In this document: piece after piece, positions 16,814 through 26,455 of the stretch | Position numbering within the stretch: position 1 is the stretch's first letter | Layout: the number at the start of each line of letters is the position of its first letter | Source of the DNA: an uncultured Methanosarcinales archaeon | GTDB taxonomy: Archaea; Nanobdellota; Nanobdellia; Woesearchaeales; JAGLXL01 | Direction: 5' to 3' | Assembly (NCBI GenBank): GCA_964364045.1 | Contig: CAYIKL010000003.1 | Location: 1-48,611 of the forward strand | DNA: 48,611 nucleotides | The notes under the pieces: model-generated | The model's input: the letters and a program-made list of their open reading frames with translations, nothing else | Databases searched by the model: none | Told to the model about the DNA's origin: nothing | Program-made: the position numbers and the translations under genes

Positions 16814-17809
16814 CTATAAGTACATACGGAAGATTGATTTTGGAGGATGAGACTCCCTGAGCAACTTATGAAAAGCGCGTGCCTGCTCGCGTCCACCATT
16901 AAAGTTAATGCTATGAACCGCATCGAATGGGAGGACACGATTGCAATCAAGCACGATGCTGCCACCAGGAGCAGCCCCTACATCAACTGATTGCACTGAT
17001 TGCCCTTCATAAGCACCCATATTTGTTTCTGACCTCACAAAATAACGTTCTATGCATTTACTGAATTCAATTCGTATGCCTCTGATGCCAATCGCTTCGC
17101 GAAACAGCGCACTGCCTCTCTCAGCCCCCATAACAGAAACCAGCAACTTCTTTAGTGTACTAGATCTCATGCAATCGTTCTCGAGAAACTGTTTTACACC
17201 TGCTTTGTAGAGCTCATCAGCCTGGTCTAGATGCTGGCGCCCGAAGTGGTCATCCCTTGTACGTTTGATAACTCCTTTGGCGACAAGATAGCCGGTAAAC
17301 CCATGCTGATCTGCATACCGCTTATTATAAATATATAACTTAGATGCGTTCCCAATCCTCACTCTCCTATCAGTCGTATAACATCGTGGATATGGAGTAA
17401 CCTCTATTCTCCATTTTCCATCACGATAATGAGGAATAACACCCCCATGCCTGAAATACTGCTCAAGCTCCGCCATGTTCACCGCATGGACACCATAGGC
17501 GTATTTTGACAGCGACGGACTGCACATTTTGCTGTCTAAATCCCCCTCAGCGAATCTGGGCTCGTACGTAAATCCTTCAGGCACCTCAACAAACGCGCCC
17601 TCCAGCAAAGTCTCAAAATCAGGTTCATCCTTTGGAATGCAGGCACGCACAAGTCGAAGTTCCTGTGCTAATGCAGCAGTATTGTCGCCGTACAACCTCG
17701 ACGCACGCTGTAATAGCACGCGCTCGAGCTTCCCGTGGAGGTGAGGTGGAACTCTGTCTCGCAGTCTTCTGACTTCAATCCCAACCTCAGCATCTTCAGA
17801 CCATCCCAT
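16814..17809 (-). CDS. Hypothetical protein
   Basis: A long ORF with no recognised motif. ATG 17809 has TATA ttttataaac about 26 nt upstream; the track start at 17821 is TTG. Confidence 0.6.
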   Translation of the reverse strand: MGWSEDAEVGIEVRRLRDRVPPHLHGKLERVLLQRASRLYGDNTAALAQELRLVRACIPKDEPDFETLLEGAFVEVPEGFTYEPRFAEGDLDSKMCSPSLSKYAYGVHAVNMAELEQYFRHGGVIPHYRDGKWRIEVTPYPRCYTTDRRVRIGNASKLYIYNKRYADQHGFTGYLVAKGVIKRTRDDHFGRQHLDQADELYKAGVKQFLENDCMRSSTLKKLLVSVMGAERGSALFREAIGIRGIRIEFSKCIERYFVRSETNMGAYEGQSVQSVDVGAAPGGSIVLDCNRVLPFDAVHSINFNGGREQARAFHKLLRESHPPKSIFRMYL

Positions 17810-17853
17810 AAAGGTATCCAAGCAGCCAAAGTTTATAAAATTTACTAAAAATA

Positions 17854-17964
17854 CTACTTAAAAGTAACATCTTTCGGATAAAATACATACGCAACGACCG
17901 CAATAACTCCAATCATCGCCCAGAAAACTATCGCACTAATCACCCGAAACGCAAACATTAGCAT
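17854..17964 (-). CDS. Possible small membrane protein (36 aa, below the ORF-track cutoff)
   Basis: It translates to MLMFAFRVISAIVFWAMIGVIAVVAYVFYPKDVTFK. It lies directly downstream of the lipoprotein gene and could extend upstream from a TTG start. Confidence 0.3.
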   Translation of the reverse strand: MLMFAFRVISAIVFWAMIGVIAVVAYVFYPKDVTFK

Positions 17965-18011
17965 ATTACCAACAAGAACAAAAACAAGAACCAAGGCAAC
18001 TGCTTTCTTCG

Positions 18012-18209
18012 CTACCAATTTAAGTCATCGAGTTCTGAATCGAGCGTATCAAGATCAGAGGTATCCAGCTCCTCATCGAGCGTATCTACCTCTTGTGCAT
18101 CGCCGTTCACCGTAAGCGGACCCTGCGGAGTATCAGCCACTTTTTTCGAACAACCCGTTACTAACAGTAAGCCTATGATTATTACCATCAAGAGCAACAC
18201 ATTCTTCAT
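18012..18209 (-). CDS. Small secreted lipoprotein with an acidic tail
   Basis: Signal peptide with lipobox LVTGC, a D/E/L/T-rich repetitive C-terminus, and an SD-like GGTGAT 5-6 nt before the ATG. Confidence 0.6.
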   Translation of the reverse strand: MKNVLLLMVIIIGLLLVTGCSKKVADTPQGPLTVNGDAQEVDTLDEELDTSDLDTLDSELDDLNW

Positions 18210-18296
18210 GTCATATCACCTATACCATAAAAGTGCTGGACATATTTAAACTTTATTGAACCGCCCATAAAAAGAGATAAAAAATAAAAGAAGAGA

Positions 18297-19685
18297 TTAT
18301 TTTTCTTCAGCGTCATCAGCATCATCCTCTTCATCTTCCTCATCAACGCCCTCTGCTTCATCGTCCTCTACATCTTCGAGGGTTTCAAGCTGCCGCTGCT
18401 CTTTCAGCGCTTTATGGATATCCTGCAGCACGTCATGCGCTTCTTTCAACGCACCCTGTGCAACTTTCATGCTCGCCTGCGCCTCTTTTATCTTCGCGCC
18501 TTTCTGTTCACCTTTGAGCCCTGCTGCTGCCTTAAAAAGTCCCTGTGCTTTCTCATAGGCTGCTTTTGAGGCATCCAGATGCGCATTGAACTGATTGACT
18601 AACTCTTCAACAGTGCCAGTATCAGCACCCTTCTCTGCCATCCGCTCAAGCACTTTGGCAAGCTTGACAGTCATCCGCTCAGACTTGATAAGGACGCCGC
18701 CCATACGTGAATTGACAACACGCCCCGCATGCTCTTTAAGGTCATGTTTCAGTTCGGCCCATAGCTTCTTTACGTCATCAGTGACAGCCCGAACTTCTTC
18801 AGTAGTGCTTTCCTCGGTCAAGCCTTCAATTTTTAACTTCAGCGCAGCAGCCTGTGCTGTTTTTGCTTCAAGCCGCGCAAGCATGTCAGCAGCCTCAGCC
18901 TCGGTCAGCGTATCTGAGCCTTCAATTCGTTGCCTCACTTTTTCAAGTTCATGAGCAATACTGTCCATCGTGTGCTTCAGATAGTTGATTGCGTGATTCT
19001 TAAGTTCCCCATCTACCTTTTTACAGGCATCACTATCAGCGTTTGATTTGCAATCTGCTTTCCATTTCTTTCGCGCATCAACAAAGGCATCACGCTCATT
19101 CTTTTGTTTTTTCTTAGAATCTTCAAAGCCATCACGCGCTTCGTCAAACTTCTTCTCAGCACGCTCCATCTTTTCTTTGACAACAATACGTGCTTTTGAG
19201 CCTTCCATCTTGAATTTCATGAAATGCTCTTTTTTCTTCAATTCTTCAAGCTTTGAAGCAACTTCTTCCCTCTTCTCTCTTATTTTTTCCAGCCGCTCAA
19301 GATCTTTCTCTTCAAGCTTGTCGACCATCGCAAGGCGTTCGCGCAGGTCTTCCTCACAATCTTCAACATCACGCACTTCCTTGCATTTTTCAATCATCGC
19401 CTCAAAATGCTCGCGCTGTTTCACGCGAATCTCAACTTTATTCTCAACGTCAAGACCAGCAGTTCTTATCTTTTCAACTGCTTTCATGCGCTGCTCATCA
19501 TCTTTAACCATCGTTTCCTTCCTGATTTCGACCTTATCTTCACGTTCAGAATCATCATCCAGCTCTTCAGCGTTCCCATTGCCTGAATTATCCCTTCCCG
19601 AACCCTCAGCAGCAACAACAAACGGAACAATACTCATCAGAAACAAACTCAAAACTAAAAATACAGATAATTTTTTTATTACCAT
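18297..19685 (-). CDS. Secreted E/K-rich coiled-coil protein with a polyacidic C-terminus
   Basis: Signal-peptide-like MVIKKLSVFLVLSLFLMSIVPFVVAAEG, about 400 aa of charged heptad-like sequence, then the tail EDVEDDEAEGVDEEDEEDDADDAEEK. GGAGGT lies 9 nt before ATG 19685. Confidence 0.7.
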   Translation of the reverse strand: MVIKKLSVFLVLSLFLMSIVPFVVAAEGSGRDNSGNGNAEELDDDSEREDKVEIRKETMVKDDEQRMKAVEKIRTAGLDVENKVEIRVKQREHFEAMIEKCKEVRDVEDCEEDLRERLAMVDKLEEKDLERLEKIREKREEVASKLEELKKKEHFMKFKMEGSKARIVVKEKMERAEKKFDEARDGFEDSKKKQKNERDAFVDARKKWKADCKSNADSDACKKVDGELKNHAINYLKHTMDSIAHELEKVRQRIEGSDTLTEAEAADMLARLEAKTAQAAALKLKIEGLTEESTTEEVRAVTDDVKKLWAELKHDLKEHAGRVVNSRMGGVLIKSERMTVKLAKVLERMAEKGADTGTVEELVNQFNAHLDASKAAYEKAQGLFKAAAGLKGEQKGAKIKEAQASMKVAQGALKEAHDVLQDIHKALKEQRQLETLEDVEDDEAEGVDEEDEEDDADDAEEK

Positions 19686-19911
19686 CAATACCAGACCTCC
19701 ATGTAGTGTTTTGGGGTTGGGCAACGGAAAAAGAGGTGATTGAAACCGCTGCCCAGTGGCCCTCAAAACTATACCCTAGTAAGAATATTTTATTTATATA
19801 GACACTTGTTGAAAGCTTTAGCGAAAGAGAGATAAACGCTTTAATTCCATTGAATTTACAGGTTTAAAGCTTTACGAAACTTTATATACCAGCACCGCAA
19901 AACAGCTTTTT

Positions 19912-20643
19912 ATGAGGCAAAAGAGGATACTTTTAGTGCTTGCACTTCTTATTTTATGGAGCTTTCAAGCTTCTGCAGCAACTGTGTTTGGTACGATTTA
20001 TGACTTTTCCTTGCAGCAAACTGAAAATGTGCGTGTCTCTATCAACACCACACCTGAGCAGCAGCTTATTGCAGTCAATGGGCGATACAGTTTCAACGTG
20101 CCTCAGGGAGATTATACCCTATATGCAGAAAAGCTCGAGTTTGGCAAGATAGTTTCGTCCGCTTCAGAAGAAGTCACCATACAGGAAGAGGGTACATACA
20201 TCCGTGACATTGTCCTTTTCCCTTATTTTGAAATAATCAATGAAACAGAAGCGATTACGGTGGAAGATGTGCAGCGCGATACCCCTACAAACACTCTAGT
20301 TATAGCCCTGCTCATTCTCATTGCATTTTTGCTGATATTCATTTTGTTCAGGATGAAGAAAGTGCTCTCAAGCATAAGGGGCATGATGTTTCACACGAAA
20401 GAAGGGGAGAAGAAGGAAAATGTGAAAAAACAAATAGCAGATAAGCAAGCATTACCCAACGACCTTCAGGAGATTGTTGATTTCATTAAAAGCAAAGAAA
20501 ACAGGGTGACGCAGAAAGACATCCGCAAGCAATTCCCCCAAAGCGAGGCAAAGATTTCATTGCTGATTGCAGATCTAGAGAAGCGCGGACTGGTTGAGAA
20601 GATTAAGAAGGGAAGGGGGAATATTGTTATCCTAAAAAGCTAA
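19912..20643 (+). CDS. Membrane-anchored protein with an extracellular beta-sandwich-like domain, one TM segment and a cytoplasmic winged helix
   Basis: Signal peptide, then a CarboxypepD_reg-like segment (VFGTIYD...NGRYSFNVPQGDYTLYAE). TM segment LVIALLILIAFLLIFILF. C-terminal wHTH VTQKDIRKQFPQSEAKISLLIADLEKRGLVEKIKKGRGN. Confidence 0.6.
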   Translation: MRQKRILLVLALLILWSFQASAATVFGTIYDFSLQQTENVRVSINTTPEQQLIAVNGRYSFNVPQGDYTLYAEKLEFGKIVSSASEEVTIQEEGTYIRDIVLFPYFEIINETEAITVEDVQRDTPTNTLVIALLILIAFLLIFILFRMKKVLSSIRGMMFHTKEGEKKENVKKQIADKQALPNDLQEIVDFIKSKENRVTQKDIRKQFPQSEAKISLLIADLEKRGLVEKIKKGRGNIVILKS

Positions 20644-20675
20644 GTCTTATTAATCCCAAATTACTTTCTCCCAAG

Positions 20676-21341
20676 ATGCGACTCCTGTTTCAAGATAATG
20701 CACTTAACCGCGCAGAAAAGCTCCAGCTGATTATCGCATACATTCTTCAGTTAACAATCATCGCAACAATCTTCATCTCAATCTACAGAAAGAACTGGTT
20801 CACTGGATTTCTCACCGCAGGCATATTGATTCTTACTTTCCTTCCTGCCATCATCCACCGCAATACACGGGTTTATCTTCCCATCGAATTCCATTTCATC
20901 GCAATCCTTTTCATCTTCGCCTCATTATTTCTGGGTGAAATCCACAGTTATTACACCTACTACTGGTGGTGGGATATCGTCTTGCACACCACATCAGGCA
21001 TATTATTAGGCATTGTCGGATTTGTGTTGGTCTATAACTTAAACAAAGAAAAGCGCGTGCAGCTCAAGATGAATATGGGTTTTGTTGCCCTATTTGCCTT
21101 TGTGTTTGCAGTCACCATCGGCTCGATGTGGGAAATATTTGAGTTTGCCATGGACTCTTTCTTCGGCCTAAACATGCAGAAATCAGGATTAACAGACACG
21201 ATGAGCGACTTGATCGTTGATGCATTGGGCGCACTGTTCATTTCGATAGTAGGATATCTTTATATAAAAGATAAGAAATCACTCTTGTTCGAGCGGTTGG
21301 TTCACCGTTTTGTTGAGAAGAATCCGGGATTGTTCAAATGA
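20676..21341 (+). CDS. Multi-pass membrane protein of unknown function
   Basis: Five or six hydrophobic segments and a WWWDIVLHT motif. Confidence 0.7.
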   Translation: MRLLFQDNALNRAEKLQLIIAYILQLTIIATIFISIYRKNWFTGFLTAGILILTFLPAIIHRNTRVYLPIEFHFIAILFIFASLFLGEIHSYYTYYWWWDIVLHTTSGILLGIVGFVLVYNLNKEKRVQLKMNMGFVALFAFVFAVTIGSMWEIFEFAMDSFFGLNMQKSGLTDTMSDLIVDALGALFISIVGYLYIKDKKSLLFERLVHRFVEKNPGLFK

Positions 21342-21625
21342 ATGAAAGATCATTTGCAGAATCGTATTCGATTAGAGGACCAAACGGCACAGCATGTACA
21401 GTAATAGAATATAACCCAAAAGAGATCCCTCTCGAAGTGAAGTTAACAGGAGATGTTCCAACTAAAGTGGCAGATGCTACAAAGGAAGCAAGCCTACCGT
21501 TTCTCGTCAACCTCAGCCAACAACTCCTTAACAAGAACATCAACTTTCTTCTCCCCATGCACGTTCTCATCTCTCGTCCGAACATTGACTGTCTTGCTCT
21601 TCATCTCCCGATCACCAACAACTAA
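21338..21625 (+). CDS. Questionable small ORF
   Basis: ATGA coupling to the upstream membrane-protein gene. The first ~50 codons fill the intergenic gap, but the last ~130 nt are antisense to the thrS 3' end. Confidence 0.25.
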   Translation: MNERSFAESYSIRGPNGTACTVIEYNPKEIPLEVKLTGDVPTKVADATKEASLPFLVNLSQQLLNKNINFLLPMHVLISRPNIDCLALHLPITNN

Positions 21626-23395
21626 AATGTAATTATACTGCTGCAATTGCGCATCCCGAACTTTCTTATTTGTCGTTTCCGCACTGAGGTTAACATCAGC
21701 ACGCAATCCCGCTTCCTTCAACCGCAATGCAACCTCCTGACAATACTCATTATGCCGATCTGCAATAGGAAGCACAATCACCTGATTTGGATTAAGCCAC
21801 AACGGGAATTTGCCTGCATAATGCTCAACTAATATACCGATAAAACGCTCTAAACTTCCAAGAAGCGCACGGTGAACAATCACCGCCTGATGCTTCCGTC
21901 CATCCTGCCCATCGTACTCAACCTTAAAGCGTTCAGGCATGTTAAAGTCCAGCTGTACGGTTGCGCACTGCCAGCTTCGCCCAATGGCATCCTTGATATG
22001 GAAATCAATTTTTGGGCCATAAAATGCGCCCTCGCCCGGGTTGAGCTGATATTTCAGGTTTGCACTTTCGAGCGCATTCTTCAAGCCATTCTCCGCAGTG
22101 TTCCATAACTGCTCCGAGCCCAACGCATTCTGCGGTTTCGTACTTAACTCAACATGAAATGTAAATCCAAATACATCGGTATAGACATATTTTACAAAAT
22201 CGATGAACGTATGCACTTCCGATTCAATCTGCTCTTCCGTGCAGAAGATGTGCGCATCATCCTGCTGCAGCTTTCTCACCCGAAACAAGCCGCCTAATGT
22301 GCCGCGCACTTCATTGCGGTGTAATGCACCAAAATCTGCTAACCGCAGCGGCAATTCACGATAGCTTCGCACCGCCGTTTTATAGATTAAAATGTGACCG
22401 GGACAGTTCATTGATTTCACTGCTGCCTCGCTGTTATCCATTGCAGTGAGAAACATGTTTTCCTTGTAATGCTGCCAATGCCCTGACATTTCCCAAAGCT
22501 CTTTATGGAACAGTTGCGGTGTGATTACTTCCTGATAGCCACGCTTCCTGTACTCATCTTGCATGAAACCAACCAGCTTGTTGAAGATATATGCACCTTT
22601 AGGATGAAAGAACGGGCTTCCCGGACTGAGATCGTTGAAGCTGAACAAATCCAACGCACTCCCAATCTTTCTGTGATCTCTTTTCTCTGCCTCTTCAAGC
22701 ATGTGCAGGTATTCTTTTAACTGCTTCTGCTCAGGAAAGCTGACACCATAAATGCGCTGCAAGCTTTCACGCTTCTGGTCGCCTCTCCAGTATGCGCTTG
22801 ACACTTTGGTTAACTTAAATGCTTTCACCATGCCTGTGCTGCTCACATGGCCGCCTTTACATAAGTCCGAAAATGGCCCCTGAGAATAAATCGTCACCGT
22901 GTCAGCTTGCTGGGAAAAGTCATCAATCAGTTCAAGTTTGTACTTGTTGTGTTTAAATTGTTTTTTTGCTTCTTTAATCGATACAACCTCACGCTTTACT
23001 TCGTAATTTTTGTCGACAATCTCCTGCATTTTCTTTTCAATGTTAAGTAAATCACCAGGCGTAAAGGGCTCTTCCTTGTCAAAATCATAATAAAATCCCG
23101 TCTCGATCGTTGGGCCAATCGTCGGCTTTACATCTGGCCATATGCTTAACACTGCCTGTGCGAGAATATGTGCGGTTGAGTGCCAGAACACATGCCGCCC
23201 TTCTTTCGAGTCAAACGTATGGATGTGGATTGCTGCATCGTTCTCTATTTTTCTAAATAAGTCATACAATTCTCCATCGACCGTAATCGCAAGCGCAGCT
23301 TTTGCCAACCGCGGCCCGATGCGTTCAGCTATTTTTAGTCCCGTTGTCCCTTTCGGAAACTCTTTTGCCGTGCCATCGGGAAAAGTGATATTCAT
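21494..23395 (-). CDS. thrS: Threonyl-tRNA synthetase, bacterial-type architecture (TGS + SAD/editing + class II core + anticodon-binding)
   Basis: N-terminal TGS (ITFPDGTAKEF), editing-domain HSTAHILAQAV, class II motifs (FRVRKLQQDDAHIF, GPKIDF) and a C-terminal anticodon-binding domain. Confidence 0.95.
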   Translation of the reverse strand: MNITFPDGTAKEFPKGTTGLKIAERIGPRLAKAALAITVDGELYDLFRKIENDAAIHIHTFDSKEGRHVFWHSTAHILAQAVLSIWPDVKPTIGPTIETGFYYDFDKEEPFTPGDLLNIEKKMQEIVDKNYEVKREVVSIKEAKKQFKHNKYKLELIDDFSQQADTVTIYSQGPFSDLCKGGHVSSTGMVKAFKLTKVSSAYWRGDQKRESLQRIYGVSFPEQKQLKEYLHMLEEAEKRDHRKIGSALDLFSFNDLSPGSPFFHPKGAYIFNKLVGFMQDEYRKRGYQEVITPQLFHKELWEMSGHWQHYKENMFLTAMDNSEAAVKSMNCPGHILIYKTAVRSYRELPLRLADFGALHRNEVRGTLGGLFRVRKLQQDDAHIFCTEEQIESEVHTFIDFVKYVYTDVFGFTFHVELSTKPQNALGSEQLWNTAENGLKNALESANLKYQLNPGEGAFYGPKIDFHIKDAIGRSWQCATVQLDFNMPERFKVEYDGQDGRKHQAVIVHRALLGSLERFIGILVEHYAGKFPLWLNPNQVIVLPIADRHNEYCQEVALRLKEAGLRADVNLSAETTNKKVRDAQLQQYNYILVVGDREMKSKTVNVRTRDENVHGEKKVDVLVKELLAEVDEKR

Positions 23396-23437
23396 AACGA
23401 AAAAGAAAGGAAAGGTGTTTAAAAAGGTTGTTATGCC

Positions 23438-23836
23438 TCACCAATCAAAATTCCATCTATTCTCTTTCCTCATCTTATCCAATGCAGCGTAAAACCGGTG
23501 CTTCTTCGCTTCCTTCACATACTCTCCGGCAATGTTCTTCACCCGTATCCCATTGACAATTGCATCCTCATCATACTCCTCATAGCGCAGCAATAATTTA
23601 TCGAACAGCTCAATCTGCCGCCGAACGTTCTCTTTTCGTGCATCTTCATCGGTAAGCAGCTTCCCCTCTTTCCTGTACTTCACCAGCCGCGAAAACAGAT
23701 TTAACAGTTCATCAACATCATAATGCACATCCTTCAAATACATCACAATCCCTTCAATGTCTTTATCAACATCAACCTGCTCAACACGCTTCTTGAAGCC
23801 AAGCCATTCCCATAACTTCCATGTATTTACGGCCAT
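23438..23836 (-). CDS. Hypothetical protein
   Basis: ATG 23836 overlaps the corA stop by 10 nt. The longer track ORF would lie inside corA. Confidence 0.5.
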   Translation of the reverse strand: MAVNTWKLWEWLGFKKRVEQVDVDKDIEGIVMYLKDVHYDVDELLNLFSRLVKYRKEGKLLTDEDARKENVRRQIELFDKLLLRYEEYDEDAIVNGIRVKNIAGEYVKEAKKHRFYAALDKMRKENRWNFDW

Positions 23837-24852
23837 CCGATCCACCCTTGTTTTTTGAAATAAAAGTAAAACACAACGACCGTGAGCATCATGAGCCCTA
23901 ATGCAAAAGGATAGCCGTAGACCCATGTTAACTCGGGCATATGTTCAAAATTCATGCCATAAATGCTGCCAACGAGCGTCGGCACCATAACAAACGAGGT
24001 TATCACCGTCAACGTCTTCACGATCTTGTTAAGATTGTTACTTACCGAACTGAGATACATATCAAGTACACTGGTGAGCACATCTCTGTACGTGCTGACC
24101 ATGTCGATGAGCTGTGCAACGTCGGTGTACAAATCGCGGAAAACACGAACATCTTCTTTCTTGAATTCTGGGACATAATATTTTTCTATCGCTGATATCA
24201 CATCCCTATTGGCGGTGAGCGCTTTATGCATGTAGATGAGAGCGCGCTTCTGGACGAATATGCCCTTCGTCACAAGATGTGTCGGCTCCCGCAATACCTG
24301 TTCCTCAATTTTGTCAATCTCCGTTTCAAGTATGTCAACATACTCAAAGAAATCACCTACAATAGCATCCATGAGACGATAGACTAAATAGGATGAGCTC
24401 CTCAGAAGCACACTTTGTTGCTCGGGTGGCAGACTTTGTATATCCTCTCGCCACGACGTAAACACAGCAGACTTTCCTTTTGCTTTAGTCTCCAGTAGAC
24501 TCCTAATCTCATCCAGCCATTCCATCGATCTTTCATGGATGGTCAATACGATGCTTGGTGTGACAAAAATACCAAGCATGCCCGAACTGAGACGCTTATC
24601 TGTCTCATAAATTCCTCTAAACGTAATGAGAGAATATTTGCCATAAGAGAAAACACGAGGCCGTTTATTGGGATCCATACTGCCCTTGATTTGTAAAACA
24701 GGAATCCCAGTAGCACCTGAAAGTGATTCAAGCTCCGCAGAAGTAGGCTCAACACAGTCTATCCAGTTCAGTGAGCTCTGCTTCTTCCACTGTTCAAAAC
24801 GAACTGTCCGCACCCCTTTTTTTGACGGATCACGTTCCCAGACCGTAATCAT
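23827..24852 (-). CDS. corA: CorA-family magnesium/cobalt transporter
   Basis: YGMNFEHMPEL (GMN motif), two C-terminal TM helices, and BRE/TATA cgaaacc-TTTATAAA about 28 nt upstream. Confidence 0.9.
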   Translation of the reverse strand: MITVWERDPSKKGVRTVRFEQWKKQSSLNWIDCVEPTSAELESLSGATGIPVLQIKGSMDPNKRPRVFSYGKYSLITFRGIYETDKRLSSGMLGIFVTPSIVLTIHERSMEWLDEIRSLLETKAKGKSAVFTSWREDIQSLPPEQQSVLLRSSSYLVYRLMDAIVGDFFEYVDILETEIDKIEEQVLREPTHLVTKGIFVQKRALIYMHKALTANRDVISAIEKYYVPEFKKEDVRVFRDLYTDVAQLIDMVSTYRDVLTSVLDMYLSSVSNNLNKIVKTLTVITSFVMVPTLVGSIYGMNFEHMPELTWVYGYPFALGLMMLTVVVFYFYFKKQGWIGWP

Positions 24853-24905
24853 CAGAGTGATTTAATTGAGGTGATTTTATAAAGGTTTCGTGCGAAAAGT
24901 AATCC

Positions 24906-25076
24906 GTTGGTGCGAAATGGTGCACTGCCATTATAATGCGAGCGAGCTTGAGTACATCGTGAGAAGGAACCAGTTGCATTTTCCTGAGAAAAAAACTGTA
25001 GTAATTAGAATAAAAGAGATAAACGGGAAAATGACGAGCGAGCAGGCAGTGCACGCGGAGCGAATTTCGCACCAAC
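24906..25076. mobile_element. MITE-like non-autonomous element
   Basis: Terminal inverted repeats: gttggtgcgaaatggtgcactgcc (24906-24929) against ggcagtgcac[gcggagcga]atttcgcaccaac (25045-25076). The interior is AT-rich. Flanking direct repeats are gTAATCC (24899-24905) and aTAATCC (25077-25083). Confidence 0.5.
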
Positions 25077-25119
25077 ATAATCCAAAACAATTTTATATCC
25101 CAACATTTTACTCAACATC

Positions 25120-26145
25120 ATGCAGTTAGAAACCGACGTAACCTCCCGCATTCTCACCGAATGCTTTAATGCAACACAGAAGGATAAGCTCATCATCATC
25201 AGCGACCAAGGTGAACATTCACAACGCCTTGCATCATCTTATGCACATGCAGCAGAAAGCCTGGGCGCACAGCATACAAACATAACACAGGAGCCGCAGA
25301 CAGAGTTAAGCACCGCAAGCCAAACACTCATACGCACCCTATCGACATTTCCGGAAAAAAACATTGTCATTCTCGCAGTCTCAAACAAGCTCGGCAATCT
25401 GGGAAAGCTGGGCAAAAGTTTCCGCCGCTTCTGCCAGGGGCGCAAGCACCGCTTCATCTCAACCACCGGACTAGCAAGCCTCGCTGATTATACAGCAATC
25501 ATGGATGCCATGGACATTGATTACATGAAGATGCATCTGCAGGGATTATGGCTGAAAAAACAATTGGATAGCACAAGCAATATCCGTGTCACAACAGACG
25601 CAGGAACTGATGTAACGATAGACGTGTTTGGCATGCAATCGATAAGCAACACAGGCAACTACAGGGAGCACGGCACAGGGGGCAACATTCCTGCAGGGGA
25701 AGTATATATTGCACCGCGCGGCACGCGCAACGTTAATGGGACCGTGGTGATTGATGGAAGCATGCGAACAGATGAATGCGGAATTCTCCTCAAAGATCCC
25801 GTCACGATGCACATCACCAATGGCCGTGTAACGAGTATTGAAGGTTCACAAGCATACTTGCTCGACGAGACATTGAAACGCGCAGAGCAGCGCTCGAAAT
25901 ATCCAGAGCGCGTGCGTATCATTGGCGAATTTGGGATTGGCATCAATCCAAGAGCACGGTTGGTCGGCACAACAATTATCGATGAAAAAGTCCTGGGAAC
26001 TGCACATATTGCGCTGGGCTCAAACTACTGGTTTGGCGGCACAAACCGCACAATATTTCACGGCGACCAAGTATTTAAAAATCCCACCATCTTTCTGGAT
26101 GGGAAGGAGATAAAATATGAAGCAGGCTATTCTTATCAGGAATGA
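25120..26145 (+). CDS. M29-family aminopeptidase (AmpS/PepS-like)
   Basis: GNIPAGEVYIAP, GEFGIGINP and DEKVLGTAHIALG motifs. Confidence 0.85.
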   Translation: MQLETDVTSRILTECFNATQKDKLIIISDQGEHSQRLASSYAHAAESLGAQHTNITQEPQTELSTASQTLIRTLSTFPEKNIVILAVSNKLGNLGKLGKSFRRFCQGRKHRFISTTGLASLADYTAIMDAMDIDYMKMHLQGLWLKKQLDSTSNIRVTTDAGTDVTIDVFGMQSISNTGNYREHGTGGNIPAGEVYIAPRGTRNVNGTVVIDGSMRTDECGILLKDPVTMHITNGRVTSIEGSQAYLLDETLKRAEQRSKYPERVRIIGEFGIGINPRARLVGTTIIDEKVLGTAHIALGSNYWFGGTNRTIFHGDQVFKNPTIFLDGKEIKYEAGYSYQE

Positions 26146-26455
26146 TCTAAAGCTCCCGCTGGGGAAGGCGTGTGCACAGGCAGCGCATGCGTCAGTGGAA
26201 GCGGTGTTGAAATCTGATTCTAAAACGGTAAAAGCATGGCAGAAAGAAGGCATGGCAAAGATAGTACTAAATGTAAAAGATGAGAAAGAGTTGGTGAAAT
26301 TCTTTCAGCAGGCAAAAGACGCTGACATTACTGCCTCTTTAATCACAGATGCCGGGAGAACTGTTGTCGCACCTGGAACAAAGACAGCCGCTGCAATCGG
26401 GCCCGATGATGATAAGAAGATTGATGGTATTGTTGGAGAGTTGAAGTTAGCTTAA
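26117..26455 (+). CDS. pth2: Archaeal-type peptidyl-tRNA hydrolase Pth2
   Basis: MKQAILIRNDLKLPLGKACAQAAHASV... is typical of Pth2. It overlaps the preceding gene by 29 nt. Confidence 0.9.
   Translation: MKQAILIRNDLKLPLGKACAQAAHASVEAVLKSDSKTVKAWQKEGMAKIVLNVKDEKELVKFFQQAKDADITASLITDAGRTVVAPGTKTAAAIGPDDDKKIDGIVGELKLA

Noticed and set aside
24890-25129. A 79-aa ORF (GTG start) spanning the corA-aminopeptidase intergenic region, plus ORFs 24830-25090 and 25005-25199 on the other strand.
   Set aside because: They run straight through the inverted-repeat MITE-like element. They have no start signals at the expected distance, and their composition is not protein-like.
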